Shown piece by piece: positions 46,583 to 54,369 of a DNA stretch of 64,000 nucleotides. Origin of the DNA: an uncultured Acidimicrobiaceae bacterium (GTDB lineage: Bacteria; Actinomycetota; Acidimicrobiia; Acidimicrobiales; RAAP-2); NCBI GenBank assembly GCA_963850095.1, contig CAWKJX010000012.1, positions 291,737-355,736 on the forward strand, read 5' to 3'. Every line of letters starts with the position of its first letter. Position 1 is the first letter of the stretch. The notes under the pieces were generated by a model that worked only from the letters and a program-made list of their open reading frames with translations, searched no databases and was not told the DNA's origin. The position numbers and the translations under genes were made by a program.

Positions 46583-47850
46583 CCCGAGGTCAGCTTCAGG
46601 ACCAGGTTGTTGGCCGACGGGCTCCAGCTGTAGACGAACACGGGCCCGTCGCCGTCATTGTGACCGCCCGAGAAGTTGTAGGTGCCGCCACCGCCGGGGA
46701 TGGTGACGTGGGTCAGGGACTGGCCGCCCTTCTCAAAGGTCTGGTTGTTCAGCGTCTTGCCGGCGGCCTTCGCGATGTCGGTGAAAAGCGCCATCTGTTG
46801 GCAGGCCACCTCGGGCGCCGTCCAGGTGACCGGGGTGGTGGACGTGGCCGTGACCGGGTTGTTGATGTTGTCGCTCGGATTGGCCTTCTTAATGGTGGCC
46901 ACGCACTTCTTCATGGCCGGGTCGTCCCAGGTGACGTTGGCCGGCGGGGTGTAACCGGCCGTCAGCACGTTCTTGAGGATGGCGTTGGAGTGTCCGGCCT
47001 TGTTGGAGGTGTAGGCGTCCAGGTCGATGTAGTCGGTGGCGACGAACCGTGGCATGTACGTGCTCTGGTTGTCCTGGAGCGCCGAGGGCCACCCGTTGCC
47101 GGAGTTCCCCACGGCCACCACCAGGTTCACACCCGACGACTGAAATTTCTCGGCGATGCTCTGGTATTCGGCCACCTGGGCCGTCGTGTCGGTGTCGGGC
47201 ACCGAGTTGACGGCCGTCTGCACCACGTCCACCCCCAGCTTCTTGAGGGCAGGAGCGACCAGGGCCATCTCGACGGAGTCGGCCGACGTCCCCACCACGC
47301 CGACCTTCTTGCCGGTGAACGCGCCCTCCTGCTTGAAGATGGCCATCTCCTTGGGGATGAGATCGCTGTCGGAGATCTGGGGGTTGAACCACGGCGCCTG
47401 AGCGGCGGCGGCCTGCGAGGCCGACAGCGAGGCGCCGATGATCGGCGTGTCGTGGGTCTGCACGTAGCAGGCGGTGTCCACCGCCTGGAAGAAGCCCATG
47501 GTGACGAATACCTTGTCGTCCTCAGTCAGCTGGGTGCACGCGGTGGCTGCGGCCGCGGTCCCTAGGGGGTCAACGGCGGCGAACTTGGGCACGATTTTGC
47601 GACCGTTGACGCCACCGGAGGCGTTGATCTGCTTAATCAGGGCGGTGTAGGCCGCCACATAGTCGCCCGGGTCCACGTTGATCAGGTTCCGGATGGCGGC
47701 GACGTCGGGGTAGGTGATGCCGATGGTGATCGTCGAGGGTGTGACCCCCTGCCCGGACTGCGCTGCTCCAGCGGAGCCGAGAGCGACCGCCTGCGACAGC
47801 ACGGCGATCGGTATCAGGAGGACGGCCAGAGCCGCAAATGCCTTACGCAT
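46579..47850 (-). CDS. ABC transporter substrate-binding protein, Leu/Ile/Val-binding family, secreted (423 aa)
   Basis: In frame with ORF 46579..48060(-). The ATG at 47850 follows GAAAGGGA. Sequence: MRKAFAALAVLLIPIAVLSQAVALGSAGA signal peptide, then INASGGVNGRKIVP. Confidence 0.85.
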   Translation of the reverse strand: MRKAFAALAVLLIPIAVLSQAVALGSAGAAQSGQGVTPSTITIGITYPDVAAIRNLINVDPGDYVAAYTALIKQINASGGVNGRKIVPKFAAVDPLGTAAAATACTQLTEDDKVFVTMGFFQAVDTACYVQTHDTPIIGASLSASQAAAAQAPWFNPQISDSDLIPKEMAIFKQEGAFTGKKVGVVGTSADSVEMALVAPALKKLGVDVVQTAVNSVPDTDTTAQVAEYQSIAEKFQSSGVNLVVAVGNSGNGWPSALQDNQSTYMPRFVATDYIDLDAYTSNKAGHSNAILKNVLTAGYTPPANVTWDDPAMKKCVATIKKANPSDNINNPVTATSTTPVTWTAPEVACQQMALFTDIAKAAGKTLNNQTFEKGGQSLTHVTIPGGGGTYNFSGGHNDGDGPVFVYSWSPSANNLVLKLTSG

Positions 47851-47865
47851 GGGTCCCTTTCTATT

Positions 47866-47879
47866 TGCAACACGTTGGT
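47866..47879. promoter_or_regulatory. KstR-like box TGCAACACGTTGGT (AAC-NN-GTT core)
   Basis: It lies 15 nt upstream of the binding-protein ATG (47850). In gene orientation it reads ACCAACGTGTTGCA, compared with the mycobacterial KstR consensus TnnAACnnGTTnnA. Confidence 0.4.
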
Positions 47880-48099
47880 GGTCTGGACGGCAAGCGCCCA
47901 GACAGCTCAGATCTGACGGGCCGGGTCGGCACAGGACGATGCGTGTCGAACCAGAGCACGATAGGCGTCGGAAGGCCGCAGGTGGTCGCGCCCCCTTGGT
48001 GCAGGAATCGCCCAGGCACGGCGGCGGCACGGAACTCGGACAGGCGACCGCCGTCGCCATGGGCCAACCCGGCTGGACCGCGATGAAGGGCGGTGCCGC

Positions 48100-49305
48100 T
48101 CAGGCCGCGAAGGGGATCTTCATGACCTCGGCCAAGTTGCCGCCCATGACCTTGGCCACGTCCTCGTGGGGCAGGCCGTCGAGTTCCTTGACGTACGTGA
48201 GGGGCTCGGCCATGCCCTCGATGTGCGGGTAGTCAGATCCGAACACCACACGATCGGCGCCGATCAGATTGATCAACCCGATCGGGTCGTCCTCGTGGAA
48301 CGGGTGGACCCAGATGTTGCGCTTGAGCACCATGAGCGGGTCCTCGTCGTAGATGGCGGGTTCGCGCTCGTAGGAGATGGTGAGAGCGTCGACGATCGGG
48401 CGCACCCAGGCGGAGCCGTTCTCGACCGGCAAGATCCGTAGCGTGGGGTGCCGGGTCAGCATGCCGTGCCCGATGAGGGAGGCCACGGTGTCGAAGATGC
48501 CGCGGCTCTGCGTGTGCGCGATGTCCGAAAAGGCGCTCTTGCCGCCCGAAAACGGGAGGAGCTCACCATCGCGCCGCCCCTCCCACTGGTTGTAGTACCG
48601 GATGAGCCCGTCATCCGACGCGTGCATACCGACGGCGACGTCGAACTCGGCCACCTTGTCCCAGAACGGGTCGAACTCGGGCAGTGCGAAGGAGCGGCGT
48701 CCCTCGTAGCCAGGCACCGGCGCCGGGCGAACCAGGATGATTTTGGCGCCGCGCTCGACCACCCACTCCAACTCCTTGATGGCTTCGCTCACGATGGGGA
48801 GCGTGATGATCGGCGTGGGGAAGATACGGCCCTCGTAGTTGAACGTCCAATGGTCGAGCATCCACTGGTTCAAAGCGTGCACGACGGCATGGGTCGCCTT
48901 CGGGTCGTCGGCCAGGCGCTCCTCGAGCAGGCTGGCCAGTGTCGGCCACATGAGCGCACGGTCGATCCCGAGCTCGTCCATGATTTTGAGACGAGGTGCA
49001 GGGGCGAAGAAGCCTTCGGGTGAGCGCATCGCCTCGCCGATCAGCTCACGCCGGGACTTGCCCTCGGGGTTGCCCTCCTTGAAGTAGGCCTCCTGCGCAC
49101 CCGGCCGGCCGACCACCTCGAAGGTGGGGTTGGGGATGTAATCGGAGATCACGTTGCGGATGGCGATTTTGGTGCGACCGTTGACCTGGACGTACTTGAT
49201 GAGGCCCTCGTACTGCGGGGGGAGGAATTTCGTGAATGCGTCCGTCGTCTCGTACATGTGGTTGTCTGCGTCGAAGACGGGAAAGTCGACAACGGTGTTG
49301 GGCAT
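48100..49305 (-). CDS. amidohydrolase_2 family metal-dependent hydrolase/decarboxylase (401 aa)
   Basis: ORF 48100..49305(-). Sequence: FPVFDADNHMYE...ALMWPTLASLLEERL...GSDYPHIEG. Paralogue of 11310..12512. Confidence 0.85.
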   Translation of the reverse strand: MPNTVVDFPVFDADNHMYETTDAFTKFLPPQYEGLIKYVQVNGRTKIAIRNVISDYIPNPTFEVVGRPGAQEAYFKEGNPEGKSRRELIGEAMRSPEGFFAPAPRLKIMDELGIDRALMWPTLASLLEERLADDPKATHAVVHALNQWMLDHWTFNYEGRIFPTPIITLPIVSEAIKELEWVVERGAKIILVRPAPVPGYEGRRSFALPEFDPFWDKVAEFDVAVGMHASDDGLIRYYNQWEGRRDGELLPFSGGKSAFSDIAHTQSRGIFDTVASLIGHGMLTRHPTLRILPVENGSAWVRPIVDALTISYEREPAIYDEDPLMVLKRNIWVHPFHEDDPIGLINLIGADRVVFGSDYPHIEGMAEPLTYVKELDGLPHEDVAKVMGGNLAEVMKIPFAA

Positions 49306-49335
49306 GACGGGCCTCCGTGATCTCGAGGGATCAGA

Positions 49336-49355
49336 TTTTCAACATCGACGTCAAT
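49336..49355 (-). promoter_or_regulatory. GACGTCG box, copy f (candidate operator)
   Basis: In gene orientation: ATTGACGTCGATGTTGAAAA, 30 nt upstream of ATG 49305. It shares the 13-mer GACGTCAATATTA (plus strand) with copy b. Confidence 0.6.
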
Positions 49356-49373
49356 ATTATGGCAGAGGGCCTC

Positions 49374-51896
49374 TCAGGGCGCCACCTCGAGCTGGGCCCG
49401 GCCGGCGATGTCGGCCGACGAGCGGCCGACGAGCACCTCGTAGCGTCCCGGGTCGACCTGCCAGCCCGGTGGGCGGCGGTCGTGGGCGGCTATCTGGGGG
49501 GAAATCTGGGTGAACCGGGCCACCGCTTGTTCCCAGTCGGCCTGGCCCGGGTCCCAGTAGGCGAACGAGCGGTCATCGAGCCGGAGCTCGACTTCCGCCG
49601 ACGCACCCGGCTCCAGGTGCACGCGGGCGAACGCTTTGAGCTCCTTGGGCGGCCGCGGCAGCCGCGGTGCCTCGGGTGCCACGTAGCACTGCACCACCTC
49701 GGACCCGGCGCGCGCGCCGACGTTGCGCACCTCGACCGACACGGTGAGGCTGCCACCGGGCGTGAACGTGTCCGCCGACAGCCGGGGCTCACCGAGTTCG
49801 AAACGGGTGTACCCCAGGCCGTGGCCGAACGGGTAGCGAGGCGCGATGCACCGGTGCTCGAAGCCCCGGTAGCCCATGAAGAGCCCCTCGCCGTACCGCA
49901 GCTCACCGTTCTCGCCCGGGAAGTTGTCGTGGGAGGGGCTGTGCTCAAGCCGCAGCGGGATCGTGGTCGGCAACCGGCCGCCTGGCTCCGACCCGCCGGT
50001 CAGGATGTCGGCCACCGCCGGCGCCAGCTCCTCGCCGCCGAACCAGCATTGGAGGATGGCGGCCACGTCGTCGGCCCACGGGAGCTCGACCGGTGCGCCC
50101 GCGTTCACCACCACCACCGTGCGCGGGTTGGCCGCCCCCACCCGGCGCACCAGGTCGTCCTGGCGACCGGGCAGCGCCAGCGTCGTCCGGTCCCGGCCCT
50201 CGGTCTCCCATTCGTGCGTCGTCCCGACGAACACGACGGCGACGTCCGCGCCGGCCGCCGTCTCGACGGCGCCCGCCAGGAGCGCATCGGTGTCGACCGT
50301 GCGGAAGCCCACGCGCACGCCGCTCAGCATCGCCTCTGTACGGACGTACTCGACGACGACCTCCACCGGCCGCCCGGCCACGAGCTCGACCACTCCCAAC
50401 AACTCCTGGCTGGCGAAGCCGAAGAAGTCACTGCCACCGGGGGGTGGCGGGCTGGCGAACCCGTCCAGCACGACGGCGCCGTCCACCAGGACGCGAGCCC
50501 GGCCGCTCTGGGCCAGCGCCACCTCGAAACGGCCGCTCTCCCTCGGGACCACGGTCCCGCGGACCCGCATCGACCAGTCGCCCTCGGGGTATCCCTGGGC
50601 TGGAGCACTGAAGACCAGCAAGCGCAGCTCGTCAAGGTGGGTGCGGTGCACGACGTCACCGGCGAGCTCGGTTCCTTCGTAGACCTCGACCTCGAATCCC
50701 GCGGCCGCCGGCAGCGCCGAGCGCCCGAGGGGTGTCGCCGAGCGGTCGACCTCGCAACCGCGGGCGAAGGCCACCTCGACCCCCGGCCCCAGGGCCGCAC
50801 CGAGTGCGTCCACCGGGTTCACGATGGTGCGCTCCACCACGCGGGCCGAGCCGCCACCCTGGACCCGGGGCATGCCCGCGTGGTCCCCCAGCACGGCCAC
50901 CCGCCGGAGCGACCCCACGTCCAGCGGGAGCAGGCCGTCGTTGCACAGCAGCACGGTGGCCTCCGTCGCCGCCTGGCGGATGAGGTCCCTGTCCGCCCGG
51001 CTGGGATCCTTCGGGTCGACGGGCGGCGTCGGGTCGTCGAGGATGCCGCAGCGCTCGAAGCCGCCCAGCAGGCGCCGGACCGCCGCATCCAGGTCCCCTT
51101 CAGGCACCGTGCCGTCCTGCACCAGCGCCACCATCCCCGCGCCCAGGGCGCGTCCCGGGCCGGGCATCTCGAGATCGAGTCCCGCGCCGAGAGAGGTGGC
51201 GCTGTCGGCCACGGCGAACCAGTCGGTCATGACCAGGCCCTCGAACCCCCATTCGTTGCGCAGAATGTCGAGGAGGTAGTGCGGCTGCTCGGTCAGCCAG
51301 TGCCCGTTCAGGCGGTTGTAGCCCGTCATGATGGCCAGGGCGCCGCCTTCGCGCACGGCCAGTTCGAACGGCACCAGGTAGAGCTCACGCAACGAGCGGT
51401 CGTCGACGACAGAGCTGATGGAGTTGCGCTCGTACTCGGCCTCGTTTCCGACGAAGTGTTTGACCGTGGCGAAGACCCCGGCCGACTGCACTCCTCGCAC
51501 GTAGGCCGCGGCGAGGCGGCCGCTCAACAGCGGATCCTCGGAGTAGCACTCGAAGTTGCGCCCGGCCAGAGGTGACCGGTGGAGATTCACGGTGGGCGCC
51601 AGCAGGCCGCGGCACCCGCGGTCGACCGCTTCCTTCCCCAGCAGCGCACCCAGACGCTCCACCAACTCGGGGTCCCACGTGGCGCCGAGAGCCGACCCGC
51701 AGGGGATACAGGTGGACGGGGCCCCGGCGATGCCGGGATAGGCCTGCCCGCGGGCCCCGTTGGGCCCGTCCGTGACGTTGACCCGGGGGATACCCACCCG
51801 CTCGATGGCCGCGGTGGCGAACATGTCGCCTCCCGCCGTGAGTTCCGCCTTCTCCTCCAGCGTGAGGGCTTGCAGCAGCGCCTCGACGTCAGCCAC
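49374..51896 (-). CDS. glycoside hydrolase family 3 beta-glucosidase (840 aa)
   Basis: ORF 49374..51896(-), GTG start. Motifs: VTDGPNGAR, KHFVGNEAE, nucleophile region GLVMTDWFA. An inserted beta-sandwich segment and a C-terminal domain are present. Confidence 0.85.
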   Translation of the reverse strand: MADVEALLQALTLEEKAELTAGGDMFATAAIERVGIPRVNVTDGPNGARGQAYPGIAGAPSTCIPCGSALGATWDPELVERLGALLGKEAVDRGCRGLLAPTVNLHRSPLAGRNFECYSEDPLLSGRLAAAYVRGVQSAGVFATVKHFVGNEAEYERNSISSVVDDRSLRELYLVPFELAVREGGALAIMTGYNRLNGHWLTEQPHYLLDILRNEWGFEGLVMTDWFAVADSATSLGAGLDLEMPGPGRALGAGMVALVQDGTVPEGDLDAAVRRLLGGFERCGILDDPTPPVDPKDPSRADRDLIRQAATEATVLLCNDGLLPLDVGSLRRVAVLGDHAGMPRVQGGGSARVVERTIVNPVDALGAALGPGVEVAFARGCEVDRSATPLGRSALPAAAGFEVEVYEGTELAGDVVHRTHLDELRLLVFSAPAQGYPEGDWSMRVRGTVVPRESGRFEVALAQSGRARVLVDGAVVLDGFASPPPPGGSDFFGFASQELLGVVELVAGRPVEVVVEYVRTEAMLSGVRVGFRTVDTDALLAGAVETAAGADVAVVFVGTTHEWETEGRDRTTLALPGRQDDLVRRVGAANPRTVVVVNAGAPVELPWADDVAAILQCWFGGEELAPAVADILTGGSEPGGRLPTTIPLRLEHSPSHDNFPGENGELRYGEGLFMGYRGFEHRCIAPRYPFGHGLGYTRFELGEPRLSADTFTPGGSLTVSVEVRNVGARAGSEVVQCYVAPEAPRLPRPPKELKAFARVHLEPGASAEVELRLDDRSFAYWDPGQADWEQAVARFTQISPQIAAHDRRPPGWQVDPGRYEVLVGRSSADIAGRAQLEVAP

Positions 51897-51939
51897 GGCG
51901 CCCCACCTCCCCGCGACGCGAAGCTCCCTCGGATGTCAC

Positions 51940-51953
51940 TGCAAAGCTTTGCA
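51940..51953. promoter_or_regulatory. perfect 14-bp palindrome TGCAAAGCTTTGCA in GH3 / hydrolase divergent promoter
   Basis: Read directly in the sequence. It lies 43 nt upstream of the GH3 GTG (51896) and 125 nt upstream of the hydrolase GTG (52079). Its shape resembles LacI/GalR-family operators (TGnAAnnnnTTnCA). Confidence 0.5.
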
Positions 51954-52078
51954 TGATCTCCCTGTTCTACCAGACGGGCTGCACGCCCCTCGGGCCCGGC
52001 ATCCGCGCGCACTGCGGGCTACCCTCAGCGCCCCGGGCGCCGAGTGTGGGCGGCTCGACAGAAGAGGAGGGAGAACGC

Positions 52079-52798
52079 GTGGCGACCTACGTGCTGGTCC
52101 ATGGTGGGGGACATGGCGGATGGTGCTACCAGCGGGTGGCCCGGCTCCTCCAAGAGGCCGGGCACGTCGTGTACGCACCCACCCTGACGGGCCTGGGTGA
52201 GCGGTCCCACCTGCTCGACGACAAGGTCGACCTCGACCGGCACATCGAGGACGTGGTGGCAGTCCTCCGGTTCGAGGACCTGCGCGACGTCGTTCTGGTC
52301 GGCCACAGCTACGGCGGCATGGTCATCACCGGCGTGGCCGACCGGGCCGCCGACCGCGTGGGCCGCCTCGTCTACCTCGACGCGGCCAACCCGCGTCACG
52401 GCCAGTCCCTGGTCGACGTCGCCGGCCCGGTCATCAACGCCGTACGCCCCATGGGAGAGACCGTCGACGGCGTCGAGCTGGTGCTCCTGCCTGCCCCCGA
52501 CGCCGGCCTCCTCTACGGGGTGAGCGACCCGGACGACCTGGCCTGGATGGCCGAGCGGCTCACCGCCCACCCCTGGAAATGCTTCGAACAGCCGCTGGCG
52601 CTCACCAACGAGGACGCCCTGTGGGCCATCCCGCAGTACCACATCGTCTGCACATCGACCCTGGCCACCCGCGACTCCGAGCTGATGGCCCGGGCCCGGG
52701 CCGAGGGTCGCCTGTGGGACATCGACACCGGGCACGACCTCATGATCACCGAGCCACGGCAGACGGCCGATGCATTGCTCCAGGTCGCAAGCACCTGA
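52079..52798 (+). CDS. alpha/beta hydrolase (esterase, 239 aa)
   Basis: In frame with ORF 51953..52798. The GTG at 52079 follows GAAGAGGAGGGAG. Sequence: ATYVLVHGGGHGGWCY, nucleophile VGHSYGG. Confidence 0.8.
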   Translation: MATYVLVHGGGHGGWCYQRVARLLQEAGHVVYAPTLTGLGERSHLLDDKVDLDRHIEDVVAVLRFEDLRDVVLVGHSYGGMVITGVADRAADRVGRLVYLDAANPRHGQSLVDVAGPVINAVRPMGETVDGVELVLLPAPDAGLLYGVSDPDDLAWMAERLTAHPWKCFEQPLALTNEDALWAIPQYHIVCTSTLATRDSELMARARAEGRLWDIDTGHDLMITEPRQTADALLQVAST

Positions 52799-52807
52799 CC
52801 AACATGA

Positions 52808-52821
52808 CGAACTCGTTGCGT
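52808..52821. promoter_or_regulatory. KstR-like box ACGAACTCGTTGCG (AAC-NN-GTT core)
   Basis: It lies 79 nt upstream of the binding-protein ATG (52901). It has the same orientation as, and 10/14 identity to, the box at 47866-47879 when both are read in gene direction. Confidence 0.35.
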
Positions 52822-52900
52822 GTATGCAATGGGGCTGAAACCGTTTCGGAACGCTCTCGGGGGGCCAGTCCGACGGTGCTTAGGAGAGGAGAGCGACACC

Positions 52901-54166
52901 ATGCGTGACGGATCACAGGGGTATGTCGGCAGGGCAGGGTTGGCAGCGCTGGCGCTGACCGTCGTCTCGGGCGTGACCAGTCTGGGAGGCGGGACGGCGG
53001 GAGCCGCCTCGTCGTCGAAGGCGCCGTACACCATCGTCATGATCACCTCTCTGACGGGTGAGGGGGGCTCCGAATTCAGCAATACGCCGGCCGGCTTCAA
53101 CGCTCGCATCGCGCTCCAGAACGCAGAGGGGGGCGTGGACGGGCACAAGCTCGTGGGCGTCATCCTCGACGACCAGACGAACCCGACCGAAATCACGACG
53201 GCAGTCCAGGACGCGATCGCCAAGAACCCCATCGGCATCGTGTCGGAGAGCCCGCTCTTCTTCTTGGCCGCCAAGTACCCGAACCAGGCGGGCATCCCGG
53301 TCACGGGCGGGTTCTTCGACGGTCCCGAATGGGGCACGCCGCCCTATCAGTCCAACATGTTCGCCGCCGACGTCGGCAGCCTCAATCCCACCTACCCGGT
53401 CAATACCGCCATCGGCAGCTTCATGAAGTCCAAGGGCGGCACCGTGGTCTGCTCGTACGGCTACAGCATTTCGCCGTCCTCCACGCGCTCTGCGGTCGGC
53501 ACGGTCGACTCGTTCGTCCACGCCGGCGGGAAGGAGGGCCAACTCAACACGGCCATCCCGTTCGGGTCGGTGGCCATGACCACCCCGGCGTTGCAGGCGA
53601 AGCAGGCGGGCTGCAACTCGTACTACGCCGGCATGGACGACAACTCCAACTTCGCCCTGGCGACCGCGCTCAAGCAGGAGGGGGTCAAGCCAAAAGTATT
53701 GGTCTTCCCGACCGGCTACGAGCCCGACGTCGTCAGCTCGCCCTCCTGGTCGTCCCTGCAGGGTGACTACTTCACCACGGAGTTCCGCCCGTTCGCGCTG
53801 CCCGACGCCGGGACCAGGCAGATGCAGGCCGCGCTCGAGAAGTACGAGCACTTCACGTCCTCACAGTTCCCTGCCTTCAACCAGTACGAGGGGTGGCTCG
53901 GAGTCGGCCTGATGATTGAGGGCATCCAGAAAGCCGGCGCCAACCCGACGCACGCCAGCGTCAACCAGGCCCTGCGCAGCATCACGAACTGGAACGGCAA
54001 CGGGTTGCTTCCGGAGACCATCAACTACTCGACCGACTTCGGCAAGGACCTGGCCAAGTCGTGCGGCTGGTACATGATCGCCGAGAAGAAGGGCTTCGTC
54101 CCCTCCTCGAGCCAGACCTACTGCGGCACGGACATTCCGGGCACGACGACGGTGTCGTCCTCCTGA
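52901..54166 (+). CDS. ABC transporter substrate-binding protein, Leu/Ile/Val-binding family, secreted (421 aa)
   Basis: In frame with ORF 52820..54166. The ATG at 52901 follows AGGAGAGGAGAG. Sequence: ...AALALTVVSGVTSLGGGTAGAAS signal-like region, then NAEGGVDGHKLVGVILDDQTNP. Paralogue of 4901..6235. Confidence 0.85.
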   Translation: MRDGSQGYVGRAGLAALALTVVSGVTSLGGGTAGAASSSKAPYTIVMITSLTGEGGSEFSNTPAGFNARIALQNAEGGVDGHKLVGVILDDQTNPTEITTAVQDAIAKNPIGIVSESPLFFLAAKYPNQAGIPVTGGFFDGPEWGTPPYQSNMFAADVGSLNPTYPVNTAIGSFMKSKGGTVVCSYGYSISPSSTRSAVGTVDSFVHAGGKEGQLNTAIPFGSVAMTTPALQAKQAGCNSYYAGMDDNSNFALATALKQEGVKPKVLVFPTGYEPDVVSSPSWSSLQGDYFTTEFRPFALPDAGTRQMQAALEKYEHFTSSQFPAFNQYEGWLGVGLMIEGIQKAGANPTHASVNQALRSITNWNGNGLLPETINYSTDFGKDLAKSCGWYMIAEKKGFVPSSSQTYCGTDIPGTTTVSSS

Positions 54167-54189
54167 TCAATCGGAACGACGAGACGTGA

Positions 54190-54321
54190 TCAGTCCGGCA
54201 GCTCGAACAGCCGGCGGGTCACCACCAGCAGCTCGGCACGTAGCGTCTCGTCGTCGAGGTTGGCGATCATCGGGTTGACGATGGCGCCGCCGATGGCTGC
54301 CCCGACGATGGCGGCACGCAC
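54190..54321 (-). CDS. sub-threshold small ORF (43 aa) or 3' remnant of a longer gene
   Basis: Own translation from GTG 54321: MRAAIVGAAIGGAIVNPMIANLDDETLRAELLVVTRRLFELPD-TGA. Nearly all third positions are G/C. The frame stays open and coding-like up to about 54366 without a canonical start, so it may be the C-terminal remnant of a regulator-like gene. Confidence 0.3.
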   Translation of the reverse strand: MRAAIVGAAIGGAIVNPMIANLDDETLRAELLVVTRRLFELPD

Positions 54322-54369
54322 CTGGCGGCGCGGCTCGCCGTCGTCGAGCAGGATCCCGTAGACCCGAAC

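Noticed and set aside
46579-47850. Possible horizontally acquired gene, because this binding-protein gene looks somewhat less GC-rich and is Asn/Thr/Lys-richer than its neighbours.
   Set aside because: The difference is modest by eye and codon third positions are still G/C-biased. There are no flanking repeats or mobility genes. I cannot quantify it without computing GC and codon statistics.
47851-48060. N-terminal extension of the binding protein to the GTG/ATG at 48060 (MATAVACPSSVPPPCLGDSC...).
   Set aside because: The extension is Cys/Pro/Arg-rich with decaying codon bias. A classical signal peptide with a good RBS begins at ATG 47850.
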